IMG/VR virus record: IMGVR_UViG_3300031772_000043
Location: 1 to 58,395 of that record
Length of the DNA: 58,395 nt
Direction: 5' to 3' (one strand)
From: a virus
Lineage: Duplodnaviria > Caudoviricetes
The notes beneath the pieces are model-generated. The model did no database searches, was not told the DNA's origin, and saw only the letters and a program-made list of their open reading frames with translations. A program made the translations under genes and the position numbers. Below are positions 18,652 through 28,249 of this stretch, one piece after another (positions within the stretch are counted from its first letter, which is position 1; each line of letters begins with the position of its first letter).

Positions 18652-19938
18652 ATGCGAAAAATCCATGTTATCGGCGGCGGAACTAACTATCATGTTAGGC
18701 CTCATTTGGCCCTTTCTGCCCCTGCAGGAGGCACTACGGCACGCAGGTTAGAATCTATGATCTGCTACTGGCCTAATGAGCTGTTTGCGAACTACGATGT
18801 GCATCTCCATCTGACAAAGATGGCAGGAGGCAAAGCCCCGCTGGACACCAATGCCGATGTGGAAAAGTTGGTTGACTCTATCATCGCCGACCCCGAGTCT
18901 AAGATGGTGTTCTTTACTGCCGCTTTGTGCGACTTTGAAGGCCACATTATGGAGGCTATGCCAAACCAGCCTGGTCTGGTCCATGACACCCCATCGGGCA
19001 AGGACCAGCCACGACTTCGCACCCAGAACCCGACTGGATACGTGGGATACGGGATGAACATCTATCCTGCTCCGAAGATCATCAGCAAGATCCGCGAGAC
19101 CAGGAAGGACATTTTCCTCATCGGGTTCAAGACGACTGCGGGTGCGACGGAGGACGAGCAATTCGATGCGGGACTCAAGCTGTGCAAGGAATCTCATTGC
19201 AACCTGGTGGTCGCGAACGACCTGCACACTAGGTTGAACATGATCATCACGCCCGAACAGGCCAGATACTCAGTTACAACCGATCGGGACCGCCTCCTCA
19301 CAGACCTGGTCGAGATGGCGGGCCATCGCTCTCAGGGTACTTTTGCTCGGTGTGACGTGAGGGACGGCGAGCTAGTAGAATTCAACTCTCCGGAAGTTCC
19401 GGATAGTCTGCGCACGGTTGTTCAGTCGTGCGTGGACAAGGGGGCTTACCTCCCGTTCAACGGCAAGTGCGTGGGACACTTTGCTTTTAAGCGACCTGAC
19501 GGTTCGGTGCTTTGTAGTATTCGCAGGTCGAACTACAACACGGGTATCAAGATGGTCAAGATGATCACGCTCAACGAGCGAGAGACCATCGCGTACGGAG
19601 CACGTCCAAGCGCAGGCAGTCGGTCACAATGGATCATGTTCAACAAGAACCCGAACCTAGACTGTGTTGTTCACTTTCACTGCCCTCTCAAGCCCGGAAA
19701 GCACGTGAGCGTTCGCCCACAGAAACTTAGGGAATGTGGGTCAAACGAATGCGGAGAAAACACTGCAGCTGGATTGGTGCCTGTGTCAGACGACAACGAA
19801 ATCTATGCAGTGATGCTGGACAACCACGGCCCCAATATCCTCTTCAACTCAAAAGTGGACCCCGCCAGAGTTTGGGCTTTCATCGAAGAGAACTTCGATC
19901 TAACAAAGACGACTCGCGGATACAGCACGGATAAGTGA
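18652..19938 (+). CDS. CoaB/DFP (phosphopantothenoylcysteine synthetase)-like domain fused to class II aldolase-like domain
   Basis: GGGT, AALCDF, PKII, LIGFKTT and VVANDL (CoaB-like); C-terminal VHFHC and NHG (aldolase II-like metal His). Confidence 0.7.
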   Translation: MRKIHVIGGGTNYHVRPHLALSAPAGGTTARRLESMICYWPNELFANYDVHLHLTKMAGGKAPLDTNADVEKLVDSIIADPESKMVFFTAALCDFEGHIMEAMPNQPGLVHDTPSGKDQPRLRTQNPTGYVGYGMNIYPAPKIISKIRETRKDIFLIGFKTTAGATEDEQFDAGLKLCKESHCNLVVANDLHTRLNMIITPEQARYSVTTDRDRLLTDLVEMAGHRSQGTFARCDVRDGELVEFNSPEVPDSLRTVVQSCVDKGAYLPFNGKCVGHFAFKRPDGSVLCSIRRSNYNTGIKMVKMITLNERETIAYGARPSAGSRSQWIMFNKNPNLDCVVHFHCPLKPGKHVSVRPQKLRECGSNECGENTAAGLVPVSDDNEIYAVMLDNHGPNILFNSKVDPARVWAFIEENFDLTKTTRGYSTDK

Positions 19939-19950
19939 GCGAGAAGAGCC

Positions 19951-20304
19951 ATGAAGATTGTTCACGACCCTGGTGACTTGGTTTACTACGAGGGTAAGCC
20001 CGTCACTATACTTGGGCCTGTGGTGCGCGTGGACGGCGTTCCTGGGCACCACGTCAAGCACCAGAACGGCGACTTGGCTTTGGTTCCGGCTGTAGTGCTC
20101 CTGACTGTCGAGGCTTTCCTGCTTCAGGAATGCACACGAGTTATGCTCTTGCACGAACAGTGGGAGTCCGATCTAATCGTCAATGACGAAAACACCTTCC
20201 TAGAGACGCTAGACGCGGAAAGCTACAAGAGTCTCCTGGCGTTGCAAAACCAGAGGCACGAGGTACTGCAGCAAGTTGCTGCGCTAGCTAAAAAGAAGAA
20301 CTGA
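19951..20304 (+). CDS. hypothetical protein
   Basis: 117-aa ORF. Confidence 0.6.
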   Translation: MKIVHDPGDLVYYEGKPVTILGPVVRVDGVPGHHVKHQNGDLALVPAVVLLTVEAFLLQECTRVMLLHEQWESDLIVNDENTFLETLDAESYKSLLALQNQRHEVLQQVAALAKKKN

Positions 20305-20370
20305 TGAGTAACTGAAAGATAGCTTCTCAGCAGGGCTGAGAAAATCCTTTGTTGGTGTTTATATAGGGCT

Positions 20371-21321
20371 GTGCGCCGACTTACGGAACTAGAATTTCTG
20401 GCAAAGCTAGAGAAAGCTAGGGACAATATTTGCCCTGAGGAGGCCTATGAAAACACTCGAACCAAAATGGGAGTCCGGTGTATTCGTTGCGGCCACCGAT
20501 GGAAAGCTGTCCCCTCCAGCTTGTTGCGCGGCGTGGGATGCCCGGAATGCGGAAAAGTAAAAGCAAGGGGCGTACCTAAGCATCCGCAGGCCGCCGAGCG
20601 TTTCGCTCAACGCCTTCTAGGCGGGACGGTAAACGTCCTGACCGAATATCGAGGCGCAATAATGCCAATCAGGGCTAAGTGCCAAGTGTGTGACCACGAA
20701 TGGACTACTACGCCGCTACGTCTTCAAAAGAATGGGTGCCTTCCTTGCAGCCGTAAAGCCCACGGTGTTAGCGCCCGAAAGAGTCCTCTAGACTTTGAGC
20801 AACAGGTAGTCGCTATTCATGGATCTCTGATCCGAATGTGTGGGACCTATACTACCGGCAAGGAACGCATCCAAACTGAGTGCACCAAATGTGGATATCA
20901 CTGGACTCCTGTAGCGGGACGATTAGTGCGGGCCGACGCCAGGGGCTGCCCAGGATGCAATGCATCCAAGGGTGAAAGACATATTAGGCAGCTTCTCACC
21001 CGTCACGACGTTCTGTTTACCCAAGAGCACACATTTCCAGACTTGGTCAGTCTCGATGGAGGTCGCTTGCGCTTTGACTTCGCGGTATGGACCGCTCCAA
21101 GTATTCTAAGTCACTTGATTGAGTACGACGGCGTTCACCACTTTCGTCCTCTGAAGCACAGAGGAGGTATGAAGCGCTTTCGTAAGCAACAACGAAATGA
21201 TAAACTAAAAGATGTCTATTGCTCGGATAAGGGCATCCCACTAGTGCGTATTCGCAGCCTAAAATTGAGTGACGTTAATATCGAGGAGGTCCAGTGTCCA
21301 TCACCAAACAAGTTCTTGTAA
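20371..21321 (+). mobile_element. free-standing homing-endonuclease-like gene (zinc-ribbon repeats plus PD-(D/E)xK/Vsr-like nuclease)
   Basis: Three CxxCxHxW...GCxxC repeats; LRFDF...IEYDGVHH...NDKLK..YC...IPLVRI C-terminus. Confidence 0.75.
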
Positions 21322-21719
21322 TACGCACAAAGTATCCAGATGGAAAGGGAGGGTTTTTTAAACCTCGGACAGGTAAACTCATTGCTCAGGGCGCGCACGC
21401 TTCGCTGAAGGTGTTGCTCGACCTCATGAGCGCATGGCGAGACACTGACGCCGTGACGCGAGCTCTTACCGTCGAGTCTGGAAGTGCCATCCAGGATTGG
21501 CTAGATGGGTCTTTCACGAAGATCTGCGTGAGCGTCGACTCCGAAGAAGAACTACTGGAAATCTATGAGAAGGCAAAGAAGGCCCTAGTCCCCTGCGCTT
21601 TAATCCAGGATAGCGGACGAACTGAATTCCATGGCGTGCCTACTAAAACCGTAGTTGCGGTAGGGCCCGCATGGTCTGACGAAATAGACCTCATTACTGG
21701 AGGTCTACCTCTGCTATGA
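21294..21719 (+). CDS. pth2: peptidyl-tRNA hydrolase 2
   Basis: KQVLVIR, GKLIAQGAHAS, KICV, IQDSGRTE...T..AVGP, ITGGLPLL. Confidence 0.9.
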   Translation: MSITKQVLVIRTKYPDGKGGFFKPRTGKLIAQGAHASLKVLLDLMSAWRDTDAVTRALTVESGSAIQDWLDGSFTKICVSVDSEEELLEIYEKAKKALVPCALIQDSGRTEFHGVPTKTVVAVGPAWSDEIDLITGGLPLL

Positions 21720-22450
21720 AGACTAAAAGCGGTAGCGTCTGGACCAGCCAAGGAGACGCTTTTGATTGGCTGAGTCGCATCAAGGATGAGTCGGTGGACT
21801 TGGTCATCTCGGATTTTCCGTACGAATCCATGGAGAAGTACCGAGCTACGGGCACCACTACGAGGCTTTCAAAAAGCAAATCCTCAAACAATGAGTGGTT
21901 TGGAGTGGTACCTAACGATCGTCTCCCCTCCCTATGCGCTGAGCTATACCGCGTCCTGAAGCCAAAGACACACTGCTACCTGTTTTGTGACGACGAAACT
22001 TCAGATGTTCTGAAGCAGGCCGGGGTGCAGGCGGGCTTTTACTGTTGGAAAAGATTGGTTTGGGATAAGCAGGCGCTGGGAATGGGATACCATTACAGAG
22101 CGAAGTACGAATTCATTCTCTTCTTTGAGAAGGGAAAATCTGCATGGAAGCCGGAGCCGGGGAAGCTGTTTCACGGAACTAGGCAGCTCCACGACCGCTC
22201 GTTGCCCGACATCCTACAAGCGAAGAGGATCAAGAGTGACGAGGCATACCCGACAGAAAAACCGTTAGAGCTAGTGGAAGCTCTTCTACTCAACTCGTCC
22301 GATGAGGGGGATTTAGTTATCGACCCTTTCATGGGGTCTGGGGTAACTGGGGCTGCTGCCCTAAAGAATGGCCGCTACTTTTGGGGCTGCGATATTGCAC
22401 CTGAAAGCCTGAGGCGAACTGACGTCCTTCTACAGAATTACGGTGAGTGA
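21716..22450 (+). CDS. DNA N4/N6 methyltransferase, beta class
   Basis: Motif IV DFPY, YPTEKP, motif I DPFMGSG. Confidence 0.85.
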   Translation: MKTKSGSVWTSQGDAFDWLSRIKDESVDLVISDFPYESMEKYRATGTTTRLSKSKSSNNEWFGVVPNDRLPSLCAELYRVLKPKTHCYLFCDDETSDVLKQAGVQAGFYCWKRLVWDKQALGMGYHYRAKYEFILFFEKGKSAWKPEPGKLFHGTRQLHDRSLPDILQAKRIKSDEAYPTEKPLELVEALLLNSSDEGDLVIDPFMGSGVTGAAALKNGRYFWGCDIAPESLRRTDVLLQNYGE

Positions 22451-22452
22451 GA

Positions 22453-22890
22453 ATGCGAAAGAAGAAGTTGAATCCAGGTACCATCTCTGACATTCAGAGA
22501 GCAATGGATTCAGAAGATCTTATCGGAGTTGTAGTCTTCTTCAAAGAAGGAAACTCTGTGGTATGCCTGGGTGACGTGGCCGGAACAGGGATTGCGCTAC
22601 AGGCTGACACTGTGTACGAGTCCATGCAGTCACTCGAAACTGTGGCACGAACTCTTGACCGGCAACTTGCAGAAGATTTTGGGTCTGAAGTAGTAGCTAT
22701 GGGCTTCAGTGAAGAAGAGGCGATAGCCAAAACAGCCGCCGTAGAAAGCCTCAGAGACTTCTTAGGCCAGAGGGTAGCCTCTGTCACTGAGACGCCCACG
22801 GCACTAGAAGTGACCCTATCCTCGGATTTGGAATATCCGGGCCCTTGGGAGTGGGAAGGTTTTGCAGTAAGGGTAAGGGCCAAACTGTGA
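22453..22890 (+). CDS. hypothetical protein
   Basis: ~145-aa ORF following the methyltransferase. Confidence 0.6.
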   Translation: MRKKKLNPGTISDIQRAMDSEDLIGVVVFFKEGNSVVCLGDVAGTGIALQADTVYESMQSLETVARTLDRQLAEDFGSEVVAMGFSEEEAIAKTAAVESLRDFLGQRVASVTETPTALEVTLSSDLEYPGPWEWEGFAVRVRAKL

Positions 22891-23134
22891 CCCCAACTAA
22901 CGGCGAAAAGCCTTTTCTGCGTCAGACACAAAGGCCTCATATGGCGTTTGGAGGCCACGACACCTATCCGGAACGCGTGGGATTCGCCGTAGACTCTTAC
23001 GAAGCGGAGACTAGAGCACCGCACTCGTTGCAGGCTACTAATACCAGACGTTGCCTGACCAGTTCATGTAAAAGAGCATGTGCAGAAAGACGCGCTGGTC
23101 GGGACGGTGATCTGGGATGGCTGCTCGGTCTCGA

Positions 23135-24487
23135 TCAAGCCTCGCGGTATCGAGCCTGAAGATACGCAGCGTTGACAGTATCTCGGCCTGTCTCTCCGAA
23201 CTCCCGATGCAGTGTGATGCGGTTCATGTCGCGCCCCGCCCGGTAGCCCACGTTCGCCGCCCATGCGTCTCGGGCTGCGAGCGTGCGGAAGGACTCAATC
23301 ACGCAGCCTCGCAACTCTTTTTTGACCGTATGATGGATGTGACCGCAGTACCAGAAGCGGTGTAAGGTGGAGCCCCAGTCCTCTGACCTTTCACTGGCCA
23401 TGATTGACTCCAGGTCTCCGTGCTTCTGGTTGTGTCCGTGGGTGACACCAATCAGGTTCTTCCCGAACCGGAACCAATGGAATCTACTCGGGCTCATGTC
23501 GATAGTGACTCTGGGTTCCTTGGTATAGTAGGCGTTTAGCGCCACACTCAGAAACACGGCAGAGTGGTCGTCGTGATTTCCGATTTCGTTGATGACGGTC
23601 ACCGTTTCGTGGTGAGCCAGCGCCTGGTCGATCATGTAGACCATGATCTCTAGCCCGACCTGAAGAACCTTCTGCCAGCGGCCATCCACGTCCAGCGGAT
23701 TTCCCGACCGTGCGGTCTTGTTGTCCTGGCTGTCGGAGTGGAAGAAATCGCCCAAATTTACTACCAGGGCTCGCTTAGTTCGTGGTCCGCGCAAGACCAA
23801 GTCTCGCATGGCGTCGCACATGATTCTCTGCGCCTTGGCTAGGTCGAAGCTCTCACCCGTCTCTGGTGCCCAGGACAGCATCCCGATATGAGGGTCACCC
23901 ATCGGGTAGACACCCAGTAAGTCGTCGGACACCACGCCGGGTGGGGAAGGAATACGACCTTCACGCGCAGGGACTTGCGCAGGTAGATCACGGATCAGTC
24001 GCTCTAGAATCTGCTCTCGGGTCTCGTACTCCTTCTTGGTCTTGACCCATTGCGCGAGAGTATGGCCGTCCCCTGACACGAGAGTGGACACGCCAGCAAT
24101 GGTGTGACCATCCGGAATTTGGTCGGTGAGTTCGCCCTTGGCCTGCGCTGTAGGAGCGTCAATCCACTGCTTGGTCACTGTCCCGAATTCATCTGTTTCA
24201 GAGGAAACTCTCTTGACGTAGTACCCGTCTGGAACAGCCGCCAGCGGCAATTTTTCTACGGGTCCTCGAATAGCCTTGCCTTCGGTCTTTTTTGCCGCCG
24301 CCATTGATCGGAGCAGTGACCATCCGTTACATGAGTCAACATCCGTTCGTGTAACTGCTCCGTTGCTTGCTTTCAGGAAGTCGTCCCTCATCATATCCTT
24401 GACGGAGATGCTAAGGCGTTCGCTGCATTCGATGAGCTGTTGCACCACCCATGCGACGTGTTTGGAAGTCCCTCGGTGCGGCTTCAT
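23135..24487 (-). CDS. calcineurin-like metallophosphoesterase
   Basis: DPH, GDFFH, GNHD, HGH and GHIH motifs. Confidence 0.85.
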   Translation of the reverse strand: MKPHRGTSKHVAWVVQQLIECSERLSISVKDMMRDDFLKASNGAVTRTDVDSCNGWSLLRSMAAAKKTEGKAIRGPVEKLPLAAVPDGYYVKRVSSETDEFGTVTKQWIDAPTAQAKGELTDQIPDGHTIAGVSTLVSGDGHTLAQWVKTKKEYETREQILERLIRDLPAQVPAREGRIPSPPGVVSDDLLGVYPMGDPHIGMLSWAPETGESFDLAKAQRIMCDAMRDLVLRGPRTKRALVVNLGDFFHSDSQDNKTARSGNPLDVDGRWQKVLQVGLEIMVYMIDQALAHHETVTVINEIGNHDDHSAVFLSVALNAYYTKEPRVTIDMSPSRFHWFRFGKNLIGVTHGHNQKHGDLESIMASERSEDWGSTLHRFWYCGHIHHTVKKELRGCVIESFRTLAARDAWAANVGYRAGRDMNRITLHREFGETGRDTVNAAYLQARYREA

Positions 24488-24620
24488 GCAATCCTTCTTT
24501 GTGCGAACTGCTGCGCGTTAGCTCCAGCGGTTACTCCACGTACATAAGCCTCTTTACAAGGGCTTCTAAGCACGAGAGTGCCTGGAGCAGAAGTGCAGTC
24601 CCCCTCTTTTACAGAAGAAG

Positions 24621-25751
24621 TTACGCGCCGAAGAAATCGCTGAAGGTGCCCTTGGGGATCCCGCGCTCCTTGTCCGGCTCGGTTTTCTTGGGACTCTTCT
24701 TCAGCGCTCTCAGGTATCCTACGATTACATCTTTGCGCTTCTGGAGAATCTGTTGCGCCTTCATGACCAGCTCCTGCGCCTTCGGACTCTTCATGACCAG
24801 CTCAGGCTGCTTCTGCGCGAACTGCATTACGCCCAGAGCGCGAGCCGCCATAACGAAGGAACGGTAAGACAGATAGAGAGCTTTCTTCGACTTGGAGTCC
24901 AGGAACTCCCCCAGGTCTAGCTTCTGGGATCCTAGCTCCAAATGCAGAGCTTCCTGGTAGAACTCCTTATTTCGGTTCAATTCAGGATTGATTTTTCGCT
25001 TGCTGTACAGTGCCATGATGTTGTCTTCGAGCGCGCCGGACAACTCAGAGGTAGTACCAAACAGCTCACCGGCCTTGGCCACGAGTAGTCTGCTGATTTG
25101 GTCTACAACTCCTCGCATCTCACGTTCAGCTTCGTTCAGTTGTTGCTGAACTGCTTCAAGCGCAGAAGAGTCTGCTGCCGGGGCTGCTTCTGGAGGAGCC
25201 TCAACCGGAACCTGGGACTGTGCTTTCTGTAGCGCGGCTTGTACCTGGGGGATGACCTTTGCAAGCTGTTCCATGGCTTTGTAAAGGCGATCTCGATAGC
25301 GAGGATCGTTCTTCGCGCTTTCTACCCACTCGTGATTCTGCAGCCGAGAGCCTAGCATCGCCACGGTCAGAAAACGTTCAAACGCCATGAAGAAGTACAT
25401 GGCGGCAGTGCTGCCGCGAGAGGATTGACTCAGCGTCTTCCAGAGCGCTTCGGAGTCTGACTTTACGGTGTCTAGGGCCTCGGTGTCTACGACCCCCGAA
25501 TCCGTAACTACGCGTGCTATCTGTTCACTGATCGCGTTCAGCGCTTTTTGTCCTTCTTCTGGCAGAGAAGGGAGAAGAGCCTTGAACGCACGGGTGAATT
25601 TCCCCCGGACGTCTAGCAGGACCTTCTTAGAACGCTCGGCCATTCGGTCGATCATCTCTTCTTCAGTAGCCAGGGCTACCTTACGGAGACGCTCAACCAA
25701 ACTCATTTTTTGCGCGACCTTACGGAGACGCCGATCTAGGTCTTTTCGCAT
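24621..25751 (-). CDS. helical hypothetical protein with duplicated RLRKVA leader
   Basis: MRKDLDRRLRKVAQKMSLVERLRKVALA. Confidence 0.7.
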   Translation of the reverse strand: MRKDLDRRLRKVAQKMSLVERLRKVALATEEEMIDRMAERSKKVLLDVRGKFTRAFKALLPSLPEEGQKALNAISEQIARVVTDSGVVDTEALDTVKSDSEALWKTLSQSSRGSTAAMYFFMAFERFLTVAMLGSRLQNHEWVESAKNDPRYRDRLYKAMEQLAKVIPQVQAALQKAQSQVPVEAPPEAAPAADSSALEAVQQQLNEAEREMRGVVDQISRLLVAKAGELFGTTSELSGALEDNIMALYSKRKINPELNRNKEFYQEALHLELGSQKLDLGEFLDSKSKKALYLSYRSFVMAARALGVMQFAQKQPELVMKSPKAQELVMKAQQILQKRKDVIVGYLRALKKSPKKTEPDKERGIPKGTFSDFFGA

Positions 25752-25774
25752 CAGAAAATCCTGGTCAGGAGACG

Positions 25775-26248
25775 GTGATGAGGCTAGATAACCCCAACAC
25801 AAACCTCTATAATAGCATTGAAACTGTTGCTTTTACCGGCACCCAAAAAGGGATGACTGAGGCTCAGTGTCGGAAGATAAGGGAATTGCTTCAGAAAATG
25901 AAGCCAAGGGTGTTGATACATGGTGATTGTGTGGGCGCCGACGCTGTTGCGCACGAAATTGCCCAAGATCTCGGTATTGAGGTCCACATACGGCCAGGTA
26001 ACCTGAAAAACAAAAGAGCGTTCACTTCAGGTGCCAAACTTCTGGCCCCTCCTGAAAACCCGTTGGATAGGAATCCAAAGATGGTGGACGCGGCGCAGGC
26101 CCTGATAGCGTGTCCTTCGGGCAAAGAGCAGGAACTGAGGTCTGGAACCTGGGCCACCATTCGGTACGCCAAAAAAGTGGATACCTTACATTGGATAGTG
26201 TACCCTGACGGAGAAATGGCGGGTCCTTGGGGTTTCGAACCCTTCTGA
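25775..26248 (+). CDS. SLOG-superfamily (YspA/DprA-like) protein
   Basis: AFTGT, HGDCVGAD, RN..MV and SGTWATIRYA. Confidence 0.75.
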   Translation: MMRLDNPNTNLYNSIETVAFTGTQKGMTEAQCRKIRELLQKMKPRVLIHGDCVGADAVAHEIAQDLGIEVHIRPGNLKNKRAFTSGAKLLAPPENPLDRNPKMVDAAQALIACPSGKEQELRSGTWATIRYAKKVDTLHWIVYPDGEMAGPWGFEPF

Positions 26249-26253
26249 TAGTA
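26237..26253 (+). promoter_or_regulatory. conserved 17-bp motif copy 5 (GAACCCTTCTGATAGTA)
   Basis: Overlaps the SLOG stop codon; heads the replication gene block. Confidence 0.65.
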
Positions 26254-26293
26254 CAGTCCCAGCAGTCTCTTTGCGGAGACAGAAAGAGCTATC

Positions 26294-26635
26294 ATGCGTG
26301 ACTTCAATGGAAAGATCAAAGCAGTAAGTAGGAGAATCGCACACTTGCGTTCCCGCGTTACTGACAACAATGTCAGTGAAAAGTCTGCCGCATATGACAG
26401 GGCTGAAGTTACAGCCCTTTCTGACTTACTTCGTGTGGCCGCTGTGTACAATGACGCCAGAGGACCTGAAGGCTCTCACGTAGAGAACACGCTATACATG
26501 GTTCAGGACGTTATCAGTACCACCCTGGCCAGCACCCAAGACGCACCTACCAAGGAGCGTCTCCAAGAGGCGTGGAATCGGTGCAGTGAGAGCCTAAGAG
26601 TCATCCGAAAAATGGCGGACGATGAAAAGACTTGA
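26294..26635 (+). CDS. hypothetical protein
   Basis: 113-aa ORF. Confidence 0.65.
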   Translation: MRDFNGKIKAVSRRIAHLRSRVTDNNVSEKSAAYDRAEVTALSDLLRVAAVYNDARGPEGSHVENTLYMVQDVISTTLASTQDAPTKERLQEAWNRCSESLRVIRKMADDEKT

Positions 26636-27485
26636 GAGTGTAAGACCCCGATACGTAGTGGTCGATTTCCAGAACACACTCTGGAAATCCTGGATGGTAA
26701 AACCTGCAGCAGGCGAAGACCTCCTCAGGTCCGACGGGTATCCAACAGGACACGTATTTCGTTTCTTTCGCACTATTCACAAGTGGAAACGAGATTTCGC
26801 TGGGCACCTTGTGTTTTGCTACGAGGGAGGGGAACGCTATCGCTACGAGCTATTCCCTGGGTATAAGGCCGGGCGCAAGGACAAAAGTCAAGACTTTGAC
26901 CCCGCACCAGATGTGGTCAAGCTGCTGAGCCTGGTCCGGTGTACTGAGCTAAAACCCGTAGAGGCCGAAGCTGACGACGCTATAGCTGCCTTTGTCTCCA
27001 GGCACCCCGAAGCCAACCATCTAATTTTGAGTTCGGACAAGGACCTGTGGACCTGCAGGGGACCCAACGTTGAGATCGTTTCGTTTCAGGAAATTCTGTC
27101 TGAGAAAGACATCGAAAAATCCTGCGAAAAGCATTTTGGAGTTTTGCCTCACTCTATCACCTTAGCGAAGGCGTTGTTTGGAGATAAGAGCGACGGGTTA
27201 CCCGGAGTCCCCCGACTGCTGAAGAAACACGTGGCAGACGTGCTAAAAACAGCAGAGAGCCCCGACGACTTCTACAAATCCATCGCCAAAGTACCTGCGT
27301 CTACTCGGGATAAGCTGTGGGCCCACGAAGAGCAAGTCAGGAACATGCATCAAGTTGTGCAGCTGCGACGGGACGTAAAACTACGAAAGCGGGAACGTGA
27401 AGGGGATGAAAGCGCTCTGCGCCGGTTCCTGACCACCTTCGAATGTGCTTCGTTGGTGCCTCACGCTAAGTTTATGTGCACGTAG
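26622..27485 (+). CDS. 5'-3' exonuclease / flap endonuclease (PolI N-terminal / T4 RNase H-like)
   Basis: YKAGR, EADD, SSDKDL and GDKSDGLPGV. Confidence 0.9.
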   Translation: MKRLESVRPRYVVVDFQNTLWKSWMVKPAAGEDLLRSDGYPTGHVFRFFRTIHKWKRDFAGHLVFCYEGGERYRYELFPGYKAGRKDKSQDFDPAPDVVKLLSLVRCTELKPVEAEADDAIAAFVSRHPEANHLILSSDKDLWTCRGPNVEIVSFQEILSEKDIEKSCEKHFGVLPHSITLAKALFGDKSDGLPGVPRLLKKHVADVLKTAESPDDFYKSIAKVPASTRDKLWAHEEQVRNMHQVVQLRRDVKLRKREREGDESALRRFLTTFECASLVPHAKFMCT

Positions 27486-27507
27486 ACTTGTCCTGTAAAA
27501 CAGCGCT

Positions 27508-27807
27508 ATGGCGACTGCTGTAGAGTTCCAAAACGTGCTAGAATTAGTCCAGCACCTTTGCGAGGAGTTGGTGGATGATCCCGATTCTGTAGAGGTAGTT
27601 GGGGCATACGTGGGAGTGACTGGAGCCATCCAGATCACGGGGCCCACCAGTGAGATCGCCAAGATCATCGGTTCCAACAAGGCCAGAATTTCAGCAATAG
27701 AGTCCATAGTCGGTGCAGTATCGGCTAAGTATGGATTTCGCGTCTTGCTGAACGTGTTGAACAACGAGAAAAAGCGTGCGCTAGAAGAGGGTCACGAAGA
27801 TGTCTAA
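27508..27807 (+). CDS. KH-domain protein, KhpA-like
   Basis: LVDDPDSVEV...AKIIG...AIESIV matches KhpA layout and size. Confidence 0.7.
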   Translation: MATAVEFQNVLELVQHLCEELVDDPDSVEVVGAYVGVTGAIQITGPTSEIAKIIGSNKARISAIESIVGAVSAKYGFRVLLNVLNNEKKRALEEGHEDV

Positions 27808-28249
27808 GAGGGAAAGTACCGCAACGATAGTCAAGTTTCAGCGTTTGAACCCAGATGCCGTCATTCCTGAGAAGGCATCTTTAGGCGCCGCAGGCTTCGA
27901 CCTTGTCTCTGTGGAAGACGCCACCATCAAACCCATGGATCGCGCCGTCATCAGCACCGGTATCGCAATGGAGGTTCCGCCTGGGTTCGAGGCGCAGGTG
28001 CGCCCCCGCAGTGGCCTAGCTGCCAAGTATGGGGTAACCGTGCTGAATTCTCCAGGCACCATCGATTCAGACTACAGGGGCGAGGTCAAGGTCATCCTGC
28101 AGAACTTCGGACCTACGTTTGTTGTCAAGAAGGGCGAACGAATTGCCCAAGTGGTAATTCAGCGCGTACCTTCCATCCAATTCGAGACCGTCGAAGAGCT
28201 TACCGATACAACCCGAGGTACTGGCGGTTTAGGCAGTACAGGACGATAA
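27800..28249 (+). CDS. dut: trimeric dUTPase
   Basis: AGFDL, RPRSGLA, GTIDSDYRGE, RIAQ and RGTGGLGSTG. Confidence 0.95.
   Translation: MSKRESTATIVKFQRLNPDAVIPEKASLGAAGFDLVSVEDATIKPMDRAVISTGIAMEVPPGFEAQVRPRSGLAAKYGVTVLNSPGTIDSDYRGEVKVILQNFGPTFVVKKGERIAQVVIQRVPSIQFETVEELTDTTRGTGGLGSTGR

Noticed and set aside
22845-23159. ORF 22845-23159 (+) in the convergent gap
   Set aside because: No recognisable motif or RBS, and it overlaps both neighbours. The region is left unannotated.
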